60,068 nucleotides of DNA from a phage. Below, piece by piece: positions 1-9,920 of this stretch. The position numbers and the translations under genes were made by a program. Positions within the stretch are counted from its first letter, which is position 1, and the number at the start of each line of letters is the position of its first letter. The stretch lies in the sequence record PZ445425.1; one strand, 5' to 3'. The notes under the pieces were generated by a model, which ran no database searches, was not told the DNA's origin, and saw nothing but the letters and a program-made list of their open reading frames with translations.

Positions 1-1560
1 ATGGAGCTAAACCGACAACCTGATAACATGCCGCGAGTTGTCTGGAAACCACATCCAGGTTCACAGACACTCGCTCTATCCTGCCCCGCTGATATTATCC
101 TATACCACGGAACTCGCGGTCCTGGAAAAACGGACTGCCAGCTTATGCGTTTCCGTAAGAATGTTGGTGTAGGGTACGGTAAATTTTGGAAGGGTATTAT
201 ATTCGACCGTGAATATAAAAACCTTGATGACCTTGTAACTAAATCCCAGCGTTGGTTTCCTGAATTTAAAGACGGGGCTAAATTCCTTAGCTCTAAGTCT
301 GATTATAAATGGGTTTGGCCTACAGGTGAAGAGCTACTGTTCCGCGTTGCTTGTAAAGAAAAGGATTACTGGTCTTATCACGGTCACGAATACCCATTTA
401 TCGGATGGAACGAATTAACAAAATATCCGGACGGGCGTTTGTTTGAAGCTATGATGTCCTGTAACCGTTCATCTTTCTTACCAGAAGATAACCCAATTAT
501 TAATCCAGATGGTACGGTCACATATTTACCGGATATCCCTCTTGAAGTGTTTGCTACCAGTAACCCGTTTGGTGCGGGGCATAACTGGGTTAAGAAACGC
601 TTCATTGACGCTGCACCGATGGGTAAAATACTCAGGAAGACTACGCGAGTGTTTAACCCGAGGACGCAGAAAGACGAAGATGTGGTTACGACGCAATGCC
701 ATATCTTTGGTTCGTACCGTGAAAACAAAAACCTAAGTCCAAAATATATTGCAGAACTTATGTCTATCACAGACCCGAACAAGCGTGCTGCATGGTTGGG
801 CGGGAGCTGGGATATCACCTCCGGCGGTATGTTCGATGATCTGTGGCGTAGCACTGTTCATAAAATACGCCCATTCCCAATCCCATCAAGCTGGAAGATT
901 ACACGTTCTTTCGACTGGGGTTCTTCAAAACCATTCTCCGTTGGCTGGTGGGCTATTAGTGACGGTTCGGATGTTGTACGTGAAGATGGTACTACCTTCT
1001 CAACTGTTCGCGGTGACTTGTTCCGTATTAACGAATGGTACGGCACTAACGGTAAAACAAACGAAGGCCTACATTTGCTGGACTCAGAGATTGCAAGCGG
1101 TATACTGGAGCGGGAATTGGCCTGGGGTATACACGACCGTGTAGTTCCTGGACCTGCGGATAACTCTATTTGGGATTTGGAGAACAATAACTCTACCGCC
1201 GCAACAATGGCGAAGAAAATCCGTCTTAACGGCAAGCTGTATAACGGTATCCATTGGAAGAGAAGTGATAAATCTGCTGGGTCGCGTAAACGCGGATGGC
1301 AGAAAATGCGTGAGTTTCTTAAAGCTGCATTGAGGGAAGATGCGAACGGTAAACCTTTGCCGGGACCACGTGAAAATCCAGCAATGTATGTTTTCGATAA
1401 CTGCAATTATTTCTTTGAACTGGTTCCAAGTCTTCCGCGCGATGAAGTAGATCAGGACGACGTTGATACGGAATGTGAAGACCATATGGGCGATGAAGTA
1501 CGTTATATGGTTCTGGATCAAGCTGTTTATACAGGTGTCGGTAAAACTATCGGTATTTAA
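1..1560 (+). CDS. terL: terminase large subunit
   Basis: 519-aa ORF with Walker A-like GTRGPGKT near the N-terminus; first gene of the structural operon, directly followed by portal. N-terminus may extend beyond window start. Confidence 0.8.
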   Translation: MELNRQPDNMPRVVWKPHPGSQTLALSCPADIILYHGTRGPGKTDCQLMRFRKNVGVGYGKFWKGIIFDREYKNLDDLVTKSQRWFPEFKDGAKFLSSKSDYKWVWPTGEELLFRVACKEKDYWSYHGHEYPFIGWNELTKYPDGRLFEAMMSCNRSSFLPEDNPIINPDGTVTYLPDIPLEVFATSNPFGAGHNWVKKRFIDAAPMGKILRKTTRVFNPRTQKDEDVVTTQCHIFGSYRENKNLSPKYIAELMSITDPNKRAAWLGGSWDITSGGMFDDLWRSTVHKIRPFPIPSSWKITRSFDWGSSKPFSVGWWAISDGSDVVREDGTTFSTVRGDLFRINEWYGTNGKTNEGLHLLDSEIASGILERELAWGIHDRVVPGPADNSIWDLENNNSTAATMAKKIRLNGKLYNGIHWKRSDKSAGSRKRGWQKMREFLKAALREDANGKPLPGPRENPAMYVFDNCNYFFELVPSLPRDEVDQDDVDTECEDHMGDEVRYMVLDQAVYTGVGKTIGI

Positions 1561-1571
1561 CTGGAGGGTAT

Positions 1572-3068
1572 ATGGGTATTGATGCAACTCACCCGCTATA
1601 TGACAAGTGGAAGGATGCATGGGTTAAGTGCAACGACTGCTATGAGGGTGAAGATAAAATTAAGGAAGAAGGTGTTAAATATCTACCACCTTTAGCTTCC
1701 ATGATTATTGATGGGATGAATAATCCTAATGATTTGGGCTTTCAACGTTGGCTCGCTTATCGTCTGCGTGCTAACTTCCCTGACGATTATTCAAGTGCGG
1801 TCACAAACAATTTAGGTCTGTTGCACCAGAAGCCTCCTACAATCCAGCTTCCCCCTGAAATGGAATACATGCGGGAGCTGTGTACTGCGGATGGTGAAGA
1901 CATTATCGCTCTACTACGTCGCATCAACGAAATGCAGTTAAAAAATGGACGTTTAGGCCTGCTTCTGGACTTGCCGAAAGGTGAGGATGTAAATAACAGA
2001 CCTTATATTAGCGTTTATGATGCTTTATCCATTATCAACTGGGATGATGGTAAAGATGAATTAGGCAATATCAACTTGAACATGGTTGTTCTGGATGAAA
2101 GCGGGCCTGTACGTGTTAATCAGTTTGACTGGAAAGAAGAGAAGCGTTATCGCGTTCTGCAATTAGGTCCGATGGACACAGATGAAGTTGCAGGTGGGGC
2201 GGTCTACTCCCAGCATTTATTTATCAACAATACCAATTATGATGAAGGACAAATGATTGCTCCTTATTATAAAGGTAACACGCTGGACGAAATACCTTTC
2301 CAGTTTGTTAATACAACAGATATTACACCAGCACCGGAAGCGCCTCCATTGTTGGGGCTAGCTAACATCTGCCTAAGCATGTACCGAAGCGACGCTGATT
2401 ACCGTCAAAGTCTGCATATGCAGGGTCAGGACACGTTAGTTGTTGTTGGTGGCTCGGGTGAGAATGGAGATAAAGCCCCTCAGCGCATCGGTCCCGGAGC
2501 GGTCATTAACGTTGCTCTTGGGGGTGACGCTAAATATGTAGGCGTTAGCGGTGATGGTTTGTCCGAGCAACGCCTTGCATTGGCAGCGGATAAGCAGGAA
2601 GCTCAGATTAAAGCTGGGCAGATGGTAAACAACACCAAGAGCACGCAGGAATCAGGCGAAGCTATGAAAACGCGTATTGCTGCGCGTACCGCTAGCCTGA
2701 TCCGAATTGCGTATACTGGTGCAGCAGGTTTGGAAAACTTGCTGAAGGTTTGTGCTAAATGGATGGGTGCTGATCCCGAGAAGGTTGTGGTTAAGCCTAA
2801 TCTTGAATTTACCAAGAGTATGTTCAATGGTCAGGACTTTGTTCAAATTATTACTGCACGCAACCTTAAGGCTCCGATCAGCTTGAAGTCTATTCATGGC
2901 TGGCTTGTTGATCAGGGCTTAACCACACTAAGCTTTGAAGAAGAAATGGCAATTCTTGAAGAAGAGCTTAAGAAGTGGCCTCTGCCCGATGATGCTAAGG
3001 CTGATTTAAACGCAGAGCAGCAAGTAAACAAAGATCCTAAGGAAGACGACGCTTCCGATAAAGAATAG
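1572..3068 (+). CDS. portal protein
   Basis: 498-aa ORF immediately after terminase; size and acidic C-terminus typical of portals; synteny. Confidence 0.6.
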   Translation: MGIDATHPLYDKWKDAWVKCNDCYEGEDKIKEEGVKYLPPLASMIIDGMNNPNDLGFQRWLAYRLRANFPDDYSSAVTNNLGLLHQKPPTIQLPPEMEYMRELCTADGEDIIALLRRINEMQLKNGRLGLLLDLPKGEDVNNRPYISVYDALSIINWDDGKDELGNINLNMVVLDESGPVRVNQFDWKEEKRYRVLQLGPMDTDEVAGGAVYSQHLFINNTNYDEGQMIAPYYKGNTLDEIPFQFVNTTDITPAPEAPPLLGLANICLSMYRSDADYRQSLHMQGQDTLVVVGGSGENGDKAPQRIGPGAVINVALGGDAKYVGVSGDGLSEQRLALAADKQEAQIKAGQMVNNTKSTQESGEAMKTRIAARTASLIRIAYTGAAGLENLLKVCAKWMGADPEKVVVKPNLEFTKSMFNGQDFVQIITARNLKAPISLKSIHGWLVDQGLTTLSFEEEMAILEEELKKWPLPDDAKADLNAEQQVNKDPKEDDASDKE

Positions 3069-3162
3069 TTGCAACTTCCAAATTGATTGGTTTATATTAA
3101 CGAACACGGGCTGGGACGGCTCAGCCCCAAAAACGTCACACGGGTGACAACGGAGATAAGAA

Positions 3163-4035
3163 ATGAAAAAGAGTTCTGTAGCTATTAGTGTTGGTTTTGC
3201 TCTAATTAATCCACGCGCTCGCGGTGAAGGTGATGTGGAACTGGAATACGAATATGCATCTGCGGAAGAGATCCCGGCAGAGTTTGCTGCTCTTTACGCA
3301 GAGCAGGGTGGTAAATACGTTCTTGCAAAAGTCAAAGGTGTAGCACCTGCTGATAGCGTTCGTCGTCTGGAAAGTGCATTAGCAAAAGAACGTAACGATC
3401 ATCGTCAGGTGAAGCAACAGATTAGCGCACTTGGGCGTCCGGTTGAAGAAGTTCTTGCGGACCTTGATCGTATCCCTCAACTGGAAGCTGCCGCTAACGG
3501 TAAAGGTACTCCGGAAGACATCGAAAAGATGGTTAAAGCCCGTCTTGCGCCGCTTGAGCGTCAATTGCAAACTGTTATCACCGAGCGTGACACGGTTAAG
3601 CAGGAAATTGAAGGCTACCGCACTCGCGAAACTAAAGCGAAGATTAAAGATGCAGTTATTGCCGCTGCTTCTGGTGCTAAATTGCGTCCATCTGCTATCG
3701 AAGACGCTGTAACTTATGCACAGTTGCAGATGACCGTCGACGAGAACGGCAATGTGGTTACGAAAGATGGGGCTGGTGTAACTCCTTACCTGACTCCGGC
3801 GGACTGGCTGAACGAAATCCTTCCGAAGCGTCCGCACTGGGTTGAAGGATCTGCTGGTGGCGGTGCATCTGGTCCGGGCGCTGGCGGCCATCACGGTGAA
3901 GACCCATACAGTCACGACGGCTGGAACATCTCTAAGCAGATGAACCTCTGGAAAACTAACCAATCTTTAGCTAAACGTTTAGCTGAAAAGAATGGCGTAG
4001 ACCCGCTGAAGCCTGTACGTCCTGCTAAGAAATAA
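3163..4035 (+). CDS. head scaffolding protein (putative)
   Basis: 290-aa charged, Ala/Glu/Lys-rich helical protein between portal and major capsid genes. Confidence 0.45.
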   Translation: MKKSSVAISVGFALINPRARGEGDVELEYEYASAEEIPAEFAALYAEQGGKYVLAKVKGVAPADSVRRLESALAKERNDHRQVKQQISALGRPVEEVLADLDRIPQLEAAANGKGTPEDIEKMVKARLAPLERQLQTVITERDTVKQEIEGYRTRETKAKIKDAVIAAASGAKLRPSAIEDAVTYAQLQMTVDENGNVVTKDGAGVTPYLTPADWLNEILPKRPHWVEGSAGGGASGPGAGGHHGEDPYSHDGWNISKQMNLWKTNQSLAKRLAEKNGVDPLKPVRPAKK

Positions 4036-4036
4036 G

Positions 4037-4082
4037 TTGACATCCCGACGTCCCTGATGTTAAGTTTCAACACATCAGGGAC
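4037..4082 (+). promoter_or_regulatory. TTGACA hexamer followed by an 11-bp-stem hairpin upstream of the capsid gene
   Basis: TTGACA at 4037-4042; inverted repeat gtccctgatgt/acatcagggac at 4050-4082; no T-run, so not an intrinsic terminator. Confidence 0.3.
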
Positions 4083-4157
4083 ACGGGTTCCTAAACAGCC
4101 TTCCACGGGGAAAGGCTACCAACAGTAAACAAATCAATCCTTTTCCTGGAGACAAGT

Positions 4158-5219
4158 ATGTCTAAATCTAAAATTATTCTACCATTTGGTCGTGGTGAAA
4201 CTGACCTGACTCGTTTGACGGATGTCATTGTCCCTGAAATCTTCACTGGTTATGTGCAGACGCAGACCGCTGAACTTTCTGCTCTGATTCAATCCGGTGC
4301 AGTTGTAATGGACGAGCGTTTATCTGCTAACCTTGCTGGTGCAGGTTTGACTTTTAACGAGCCGTTCTATAACGACCTGAAAGATGAAGACGAAGATATC
4401 GCGGTTGATAAAGGTAATCCGTCCAAACCGTCAAACATCACTACCGGATCTGAAGTTCAGGTTCGTATGAGTCGTTCAAAATCCTGGGGTTCTGCGGATC
4501 TGGTATCTGCTTTGATTGGTAACGACCCAATGACCGCTATCGGCAACCGCGTGTCTGCGTGGTGGGTTCGCCGTCTGCAAGCTGCATACATCGCAACCTG
4601 GAAAGGTGTATTTGCTAATGCGAAGAAATCCCATAAGGACGATTTGACTTTCGATATTTCCGGTTCTTCGTTTGTAAACAACCAGACCAACTTTACCGCG
4701 TCTAACTTCATCAACGCAACGGCAACGATGGGTGATGCTGCTCGTGGTCTGACCATGATTATGGTACACTCTACCGTCCGTAACCGTATGCGTCAGCTGA
4801 ACCTGATCGACTTCATTCCAGATGCTCGCGGTGAAACTCAGTTTGAGTATTATCAGGGCCTGCGCATTATCGAAGACGACTCCATGCCACATAATCCGGC
4901 TACTGGTGTCTTCGAAAGCTGGCTGTTCGGTCCGGGCGCGACTGCAATGGGTGCTGGTTCACCAAAAGTTCCGACCGCTGTGGTTCGTGACGAAGCTGCT
5001 AACAATGGCGCTGGTGAAGAAGTTCTTCACAACCGTGTTGAATGGATTCTGCATCCGGTCGGTCATGCTTGGGCCGCTGCCCAAACTGCTAAAGGTGGTC
5101 CGTCTAACGCTGCTACCACTAACAACCTGGCCCATGAAGATTCCTGGCGTCGTTCGTTCCCTGAGCGCAAGCAGCTTAAAGTCGCACGCCTGATCACTCG
5201 TGAGTATCAGGCTTCCTAA
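4158..5219 (+). CDS. major capsid protein (putative)
   Basis: 353-aa ORF after scaffold with good RBS and a strong terminator immediately downstream; synteny. Confidence 0.6.
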   Translation: MSKSKIILPFGRGETDLTRLTDVIVPEIFTGYVQTQTAELSALIQSGAVVMDERLSANLAGAGLTFNEPFYNDLKDEDEDIAVDKGNPSKPSNITTGSEVQVRMSRSKSWGSADLVSALIGNDPMTAIGNRVSAWWVRRLQAAYIATWKGVFANAKKSHKDDLTFDISGSSFVNNQTNFTASNFINATATMGDAARGLTMIMVHSTVRNRMRQLNLIDFIPDARGETQFEYYQGLRIIEDDSMPHNPATGVFESWLFGPGATAMGAGSPKVPTAVVRDEAANNGAGEEVLHNRVEWILHPVGHAWAAAQTAKGGPSNAATTNNLAHEDSWRRSFPERKQLKVARLITREYQAS

Positions 5220-5250
5220 GGCTTCACTCAACGCCGCGCTGTAGTATTTT

Positions 5251-5275
5251 GGGGACATTTATGTCCCCTCTTTTT
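5251..5275 (+). terminator. rho-independent terminator after capsid gene
   Basis: ggggaca-ttta-tgtcccc hairpin followed by TTTTT. Confidence 0.7.
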
Positions 5276-5287
5276 AGGAGAACAACC

Positions 5288-5611
5288 ATGCGTTATCAAC
5301 GTTATGAACGACATGACTTGATGGAAAAATCGTTGCAGGTGGAGCCAATTTCGATTACTCTCGATCCTGCTAAGATTGACACCACAACTTCAGAAGTAAA
5401 GACGGTTACTGTTAAAATAAACTTTGTCCCAGGCGGAACTACAAACAAAGCGTATAGCGCGTCAGTTGACGGTTCCTCTGCTACAATTAAAGACAACGGG
5501 GACGGTACAATTACCGTGACCACAACCGCAAGCAGTGGTACTTCAAACTTGACAGTAACGTCCAAGGCAAAGGATAGTGTTACTGGTACATGTGTTATTA
5601 ATGTGACCTAA
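5288..5611 (+). CDS. Ig-like (Big_2-like) domain protein, possible head decoration
   Basis: Thr/Ser/Val-rich beta-strand pattern; start moved to ATG 5288 (RBS AGGAGA) because the track start at 5249 lies inside the terminator hairpin. Confidence 0.45.
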   Translation: MRYQRYERHDLMEKSLQVEPISITLDPAKIDTTTSEVKTVTVKINFVPGGTTNKAYSASVDGSSATIKDNGDGTITVTTTASSGTSNLTVTSKAKDSVTGTCVINVT

Positions 5612-5628
5612 AAAATAAGGATTAAACA

Positions 5629-6282
5629 ATGAAGACATTAATTGAAGCATTGTTAGAACTTGATCCGGATAACCCGAATCATTGGACTAGCGACGGTCTA
5701 CCTAAAGTTGATGCTCTGCGTTTCGCTACTGCTAACCCGTCTTTAACCCGCGACGATATTACAACTGCTGCTCCGCTGTTTACCCGCGATAACCGCGTGC
5801 TGGAAGAGCCAGAGCCAGTGGAACCTGTTAAATCTGCTGATCCAGTTTTACATGAAGCTGTCAAACAGGAGAAAGCTCATGAAGAACAAAAGAAAGTCGC
5901 GGTTGCAACGATGCAAATCGAAGTTAAGATTAGCGAAGCACTGCGTGCTCTTCTGGAGCCGGAAAAAATCGGTGACACTTCCAGCCTAAGCGATGAAGAG
6001 CTAAAAGCGAAGCGTGAAAAGCTTAGCGATGTGGTTAAAGAGATTGCCCACACTAAGCACGCGCTGGAGCTTGCTATTGCCGACGTTCAAGCGGATCTGG
6101 ATAAGATTATCGTTGAGCAGGAAAGTCGTCGTCCTAAGTCCGGTCTTACTGCAACTCAGATGTATCTTGAAGCGCAGAAAAAACGTAAACCGGAAGACAT
6201 GCTTTCTGACCATCGCTTCCAGAACCCTATTGACGATCCGGTCGCCCGTATGGTTGCACGTAATATGATGCGTCGAGGTTAA
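5629..6282 (+). CDS. hypothetical head-module protein
   Basis: 217-aa ORF with RBS in structural operon. Confidence 0.5.
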   Translation: MKTLIEALLELDPDNPNHWTSDGLPKVDALRFATANPSLTRDDITTAAPLFTRDNRVLEEPEPVEPVKSADPVLHEAVKQEKAHEEQKKVAVATMQIEVKISEALRALLEPEKIGDTSSLSDEELKAKREKLSDVVKEIAHTKHALELAIADVQADLDKIIVEQESRRPKSGLTATQMYLEAQKKRKPEDMLSDHRFQNPIDDPVARMVARNMMRRG

Positions 6283-6335
6283 TCATGGAAATGAGCCATA
6301 GACAATATGTGTTGTGGCTCCTCCGACGTAATAGA

Positions 6336-6364
6336 AAACGGCGTCAAGAAGACGCCGTTTCTGT
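6336..6364 (+). terminator. hairpin, possible attenuator
   Basis: aaacggcgtc-aagaa-gacgccgttt stem followed by a weak T-rich tract. Confidence 0.3.
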
Positions 6365-6420
6365 TCCTGAAGAAGAGCTCCCGCTACTCATCCCTACAAC
6401 CATCGCAATGAGGAAGAAAG

Positions 6421-6927
6421 ATGGAGATTCCACTGATAGTTGAAGATGGTACTGGTGTACCGGACGCCAACAGTTATGTGACCATTGAACAAGTCCGCAT
6501 GTATGCCGCAATGCGAGGTATTGTACTTCCAAGTGAAGATGAAGATCTAAAGACAAAGATCTTCGACGCTATGGATTTTGTGGAAGGGTACGGTCAACGG
6601 TTTAAGGGTTACAAAATGGACCCACAGCAACCGCTAAATTGGCCACGCTACGGGGTGTTTGTGGATGGGTTCGAGCTACCCCAAAGCCCTTTGCCAAAGG
6701 CGCTTATAAACGCGGTTTGCCAGCTTACAGCGGACTCTGCATCTGGCGGTCCTCTTAACGGTAAAACTACAGCATATGCAGTCAAAAGAACTAAAGTGGA
6801 AGGGCTTGAGATTGAATATGCAACTGGTAGTACCGCGCAATCCGGACCAGCAAAGACTTACGATAAAGCAATGACGTTTTTATCACCTTTGCTGGGTTAT
6901 CAAATGGGTAACAGATTAATACGGTGA
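6421..6927 (+). CDS. head-tail connector protein (putative)
   Basis: 168-aa ORF; position between head and tail genes. Confidence 0.35.
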   Translation: MEIPLIVEDGTGVPDANSYVTIEQVRMYAAMRGIVLPSEDEDLKTKIFDAMDFVEGYGQRFKGYKMDPQQPLNWPRYGVFVDGFELPQSPLPKALINAVCQLTADSASGGPLNGKTTAYAVKRTKVEGLEIEYATGSTAQSGPAKTYDKAMTFLSPLLGYQMGNRLIR

Positions 6928-6930
6928 TTT

Positions 6931-7311
6931 ATGAGCTTTCCTTATGAGCAGTTAGTTGAAGCTGCAAAGCAAATGATCAACGACGCTGGCGTGAACTGTA
7001 CCCTTGTGGTCATGGAAAAAGGAGAAGGTCAAGATGAGTGGGACGATCCTAGTGTTGAAAAACGCTACCCATTTATCGGAGCTTTTCTTTCTCCGAAGGA
7101 AAAAATGATCGGTGGGAGCCTTGTTGCTACTGGCGAATTGAAAGTCTTAACCTATCCAATGACTCCACCATTGACACGAGATAAAGCAATGACTGCACGC
7201 ATTGAGCGTATGTCTCCTGATGGTGAGTTGGAAGTATGGACAATTAACGAGTTCGTTGATACAAGACCTGCTAATGTTTCTGTTCTTTATACTTTCAAGG
7301 TGACGCGATAA
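6931..7311 (+). CDS. head-tail adaptor (putative)
   Basis: 126-aa ORF tightly packed in neck region. Confidence 0.3.
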   Translation: MSFPYEQLVEAAKQMINDAGVNCTLVVMEKGEGQDEWDDPSVEKRYPFIGAFLSPKEKMIGGSLVATGELKVLTYPMTPPLTRDKAMTARIERMSPDGELEVWTINEFVDTRPANVSVLYTFKVTR

Positions 7312-7718
7312 TGGGATTCGGGGCGGATATACGGCGTGCAAGTCAAAAGGTGCTTGTCCAGACTGGGGAGCAAGCCAAAAAGGTTGTTGTCAAGTTCACG
7401 GAGAATGTAATCCAGGATACTCCTGTTAAGACCGGACGTACAAAAGGCGGTTGGCGTTCATCCATTGGTGCACCATATGCGACGGAAACTATCCGCCTCG
7501 ATCCTACTGGGGAATTAGCTAAAGCGGAAGCTAGGGTTATCGTAAGACAGTTGCCAGATGATAAAGACTGGACTTTCTACTTTAGCAACTTAACCCCGTA
7601 TGCTCCGAAACTTGAATATCTTGGTTGGTCGCAGCAAGCGCCAAATGGCATGGTGCGTATTAACGTAGCGAAGCTACCAATGTTGATACGCCAAGCTATT
7701 GTAGAAGGAAAACTATAA
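7311..7718 (+). CDS. neck/head-closure protein (HK97 gp10-like, putative)
   Basis: 135-aa ORF, start overlaps preceding stop; sequence pattern resembles gp10-like head-tail joining proteins. Confidence 0.35.
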   Translation: MGFGADIRRASQKVLVQTGEQAKKVVVKFTENVIQDTPVKTGRTKGGWRSSIGAPYATETIRLDPTGELAKAEARVIVRQLPDDKDWTFYFSNLTPYAPKLEYLGWSQQAPNGMVRINVAKLPMLIRQAIVEGKL

Positions 7719-8167
7719 TGCTGGGATACGATTTTATCAATGACGCATTTAATAAGATGCTACGCGAAGCCGTTGGACCGGATATAGGTATAGCGTGGAA
7801 GAACAAGAAGTTTACACCTAAAGCCAACCAGATGTGGTTAAAGGCAATCAATGCTCCCGCTTCCACTTACGCTGCAACGCTAGGTGATAACGGTCTGAAT
7901 GAAATTCCTGGCTTCTACCAAATCACAGTATATAGTCCTTTAAACACTGGAACGTCTAAGCAGAATCAAATCTTGGATTCTATTCGGAAAAAGTTTAAAC
8001 TGGGCTTGCGTATCCCGTGCCCGGATGACCACACGATACGAATTGTCAGCTTAGACTTTTCGCAGGGTGGACAAACTTCGCTGAATGATTTTACCAGAGG
8101 CGGGGTTGAAGACAACTGGGACGTTAACTTTATTACAATCTATTGGTCGGCTCGTGAGCCGAGGTAA
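7718..8167 (+). CDS. tail completion/terminator protein (putative)
   Basis: 149-aa ORF directly upstream of major tail gene. Confidence 0.3.
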   Translation: MLGYDFINDAFNKMLREAVGPDIGIAWKNKKFTPKANQMWLKAINAPASTYAATLGDNGLNEIPGFYQITVYSPLNTGTSKQNQILDSIRKKFKLGLRIPCPDDHTIRIVSLDFSQGGQTSLNDFTRGGVEDNWDVNFITIYWSAREPR

Positions 8168-8181
8168 GAGAGGATCTAAAT

Positions 8182-9105
8182 ATGGCTACAGGTTCACGTT
8201 ATTCGTGTTATTACGTCAAAGAAGATGTGAGCAACACAACTCCAGCAAGCGCGGAGTTTACCCCGTTTCGTGTAACGAGTTCCGGTCTGGATATTAACAT
8301 TGCGACGCTGGAGTCTGAAGAACTGCGTGATGACGCAGAAACCGCAGACTTCCGTCTTGGCGCTCGAAGCGTTGAAGGTACGGTAACGGGCGAAATGTCC
8401 TTCGGTACGTTTGACGACCTCATTGCGGCAGCACTGCGCGGTAAATGGCAGGACAACGTTCTTAAAGGTGGTATTGTCCGCCAGTCGTTTACTTTTGTAG
8501 ACTATAACGCAGATCTGCCATCAGGTAAATACACAATCTATCGCGGTTGTGAAGTTAACAGCATGACTTTCTCATTGTCTGCTGAAAACATGACCACAGT
8601 AGAGTTCGGCATTGTTGGTCGCTCGATGGAAATTGCGGAATCGCTTCCTGCTGGTGCTTCCATCAAAGCTCGTACAACTTCTTCACCGATGGACGGCTTC
8701 TCCGGTTGCTTGCTGGAAGACGGTCAAGAGATTAGCGTTATTACGGAAATCGGTCTTACCGTTGAAAACGATATCTCTCCGCGCTTCGTTGTTGGCTCGA
8801 AGTTCTCCATTGAACCGTCTGCTGGTCGTCGTGCTGTAACTGGTACAGCTAACGTTTACTTCCTGGATAACAAACTGCGTAAGAAGTATCTGGATGAAGT
8901 GGAAACTTCAATCGAGTTTGATCTGATTGACCCAAGCAACCCGCAACAAAAATACACTGTGGAAATCCCTCGCGTGAAATTCACTGAAGCTCCGCGTCCT
9001 ATTGACGGTGAAGGCGATATCATGCTTAATATGGGCTACCGCGGATTGCTGGACCCAACAACCGCAAGTTCCATCAAAATTACCCGCGTTTTAGCGGCAG
9101 CATAA
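8182..9105 (+). CDS. major tail (tube) protein
   Basis: 307-aa ORF immediately upstream of the chaperone/frameshift/tape-measure trio. Confidence 0.6.
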   Translation: MATGSRYSCYYVKEDVSNTTPASAEFTPFRVTSSGLDINIATLESEELRDDAETADFRLGARSVEGTVTGEMSFGTFDDLIAAALRGKWQDNVLKGGIVRQSFTFVDYNADLPSGKYTIYRGCEVNSMTFSLSAENMTTVEFGIVGRSMEIAESLPAGASIKARTTSSPMDGFSGCLLEDGQEISVITEIGLTVENDISPRFVVGSKFSIEPSAGRRAVTGTANVYFLDNKLRKKYLDEVETSIEFDLIDPSNPQQKYTVEIPRVKFTEAPRPIDGEGDIMLNMGYRGLLDPTTASSIKITRVLAAA

Positions 9106-9114
9106 GGATAAGAA

Positions 9115-9522
9115 ATGACCGACACCAAAAAAGGCAAAGTTGCAGTAGCTAAAAGCTTCCGTGATTTTAAAACTGTGAGCCGGGCAAACGACCCGGCAAA
9201 CACTAAGCCCATGAATGTGGTTATTCCTGGTGTAGGCGACACTGGCGAAAAACTCTACATTCGTAGCCGCTACTGCACAGAGTATCGTGACGCAGAATTG
9301 AAAGCACAGCGTCAACTGTTGGCGCTTATGCAGGGTAAAGACGGTGAAGTAACAGATGCTATGAAGGAAGACATCCTTACCCGTTCGCTGTGTAACCTTG
9401 TAGCAGGTTGGACCTTTGATGAGCCTCCAACCGTTGACAACGTGTTTGAATTCTTAACGGAGAACCCAACTGTTCGAGAAGACCTTAACGTATTTGCCGC
9501 TAAAGATAGTAATTTTTTCTAA
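9115..9522 (+). CDS. tail assembly chaperone (G-like)
   Basis: 135-aa ORF ending in NFF-stop with a slippery heptamer at its 3' end; upstream of tape measure. Confidence 0.6.
   Translation: MTDTKKGKVAVAKSFRDFKTVSRANDPANTKPMNVVIPGVGDTGEKLYIRSRYCTEYRDAELKAQRQLLALMQGKDGEVTDAMKEDILTRSLCNLVAGWTFDEPPTVDNVFEFLTENPTVREDLNVFAAKDSNFF
9513..9519 (+). promoter_or_regulatory. -1 frameshift slippery heptamer T_TTT_TTC
   Basis: TTTTTTC fits X_XXY_YYZ in the chaperone frame, 1 nt before its stop; the -1 frame is open from 9513 to the stop at 9918-9920. Confidence 0.6.
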
Positions 9523-9920
9523 AAGCGCGCAGACAGTTAATTGATAAGAAGATCCTCCAATGGGAACTAAATAGCAAAGTCCCCGGCGGGGGATCTTCTT
9601 TATTATCGCAACTGCAAAAGGTTGAGGAACAGTCTGGTAAGACGCCACCTAAGCTTAAAGAATATCGGGAAAAGGAAATACCGATTTGCTTTGAATACCT
9701 GTCTACTTTATTTGATGACATTTACACTGGAGGGGATTTTAGTTATACAGAATTGCACAGCTATCAGGTAACAATGGGCTTACATCTTCAACCGTACGAA
9801 TGCGAAATACTGCGACAGCTATGGCTTGAAAAGCGCGTGTCTGAAGCTGAACAAAATGCTAAACTCATGGAAAGTCAAATGCAGAATCTGAATAAAGGTA
9901 GAAGGAAAAGGAGAAGGTAA
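9513..9920 (+). CDS. -1 frame extension giving chaperone GT-like fusion
   Basis: Frame open 9513..9917 with no canonical start; ends in a KGRRKRRR tail with stop overlapping the tape-measure ATG. Confidence 0.5.
   Translation, partial: FFLKARRQLIDKKILQWELNSKVPGGGSSLLSQLQKVEEQSGKTPPKLKEYREKEIPICFEYLSTLFDDIYTGGDFSYTELHSYQVTMGLHLQPYECEILRQLWLEKRVSEAEQNAKLMESQMQNLNKGRRKRRR
9546..9600 (+). promoter_or_regulatory. long hairpin inside the frameshift extension
   Basis: aagaagatcc ... ggatcttctt inverted repeat about 26 nt downstream of the slippery site; possible frameshift stimulator or attenuator. Confidence 0.4.

Noticed and set aside
3103-3123. Hairpin gggctg...cagccc after the portal gene as a terminator
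   Set aside because: No T-run follows on the plus strand; the A-run would only serve a minus-strand transcript, and no minus gene is nearby.
3379-3963. 194-aa antisense ORF inside the scaffold gene, and similar antisense ORFs inside the tape-measure and other large genes
   Set aside because: Fully contained within well-supported genes on the opposite strand, with no RBS.
5249-5287. Track start codon at 5249 for the Ig-like gene
   Set aside because: This ATG is part of the terminator hairpin after the capsid gene; ATG 5288 with an AGGAGA RBS is the credible start.
9546-9600. Hairpin after the chaperone gene as a simple transcription terminator
   Set aside because: It lies inside the -1 frame extension that runs to the tape-measure start, so a strong terminator here would block the fusion; more likely a frameshift-associated or attenuating structure.
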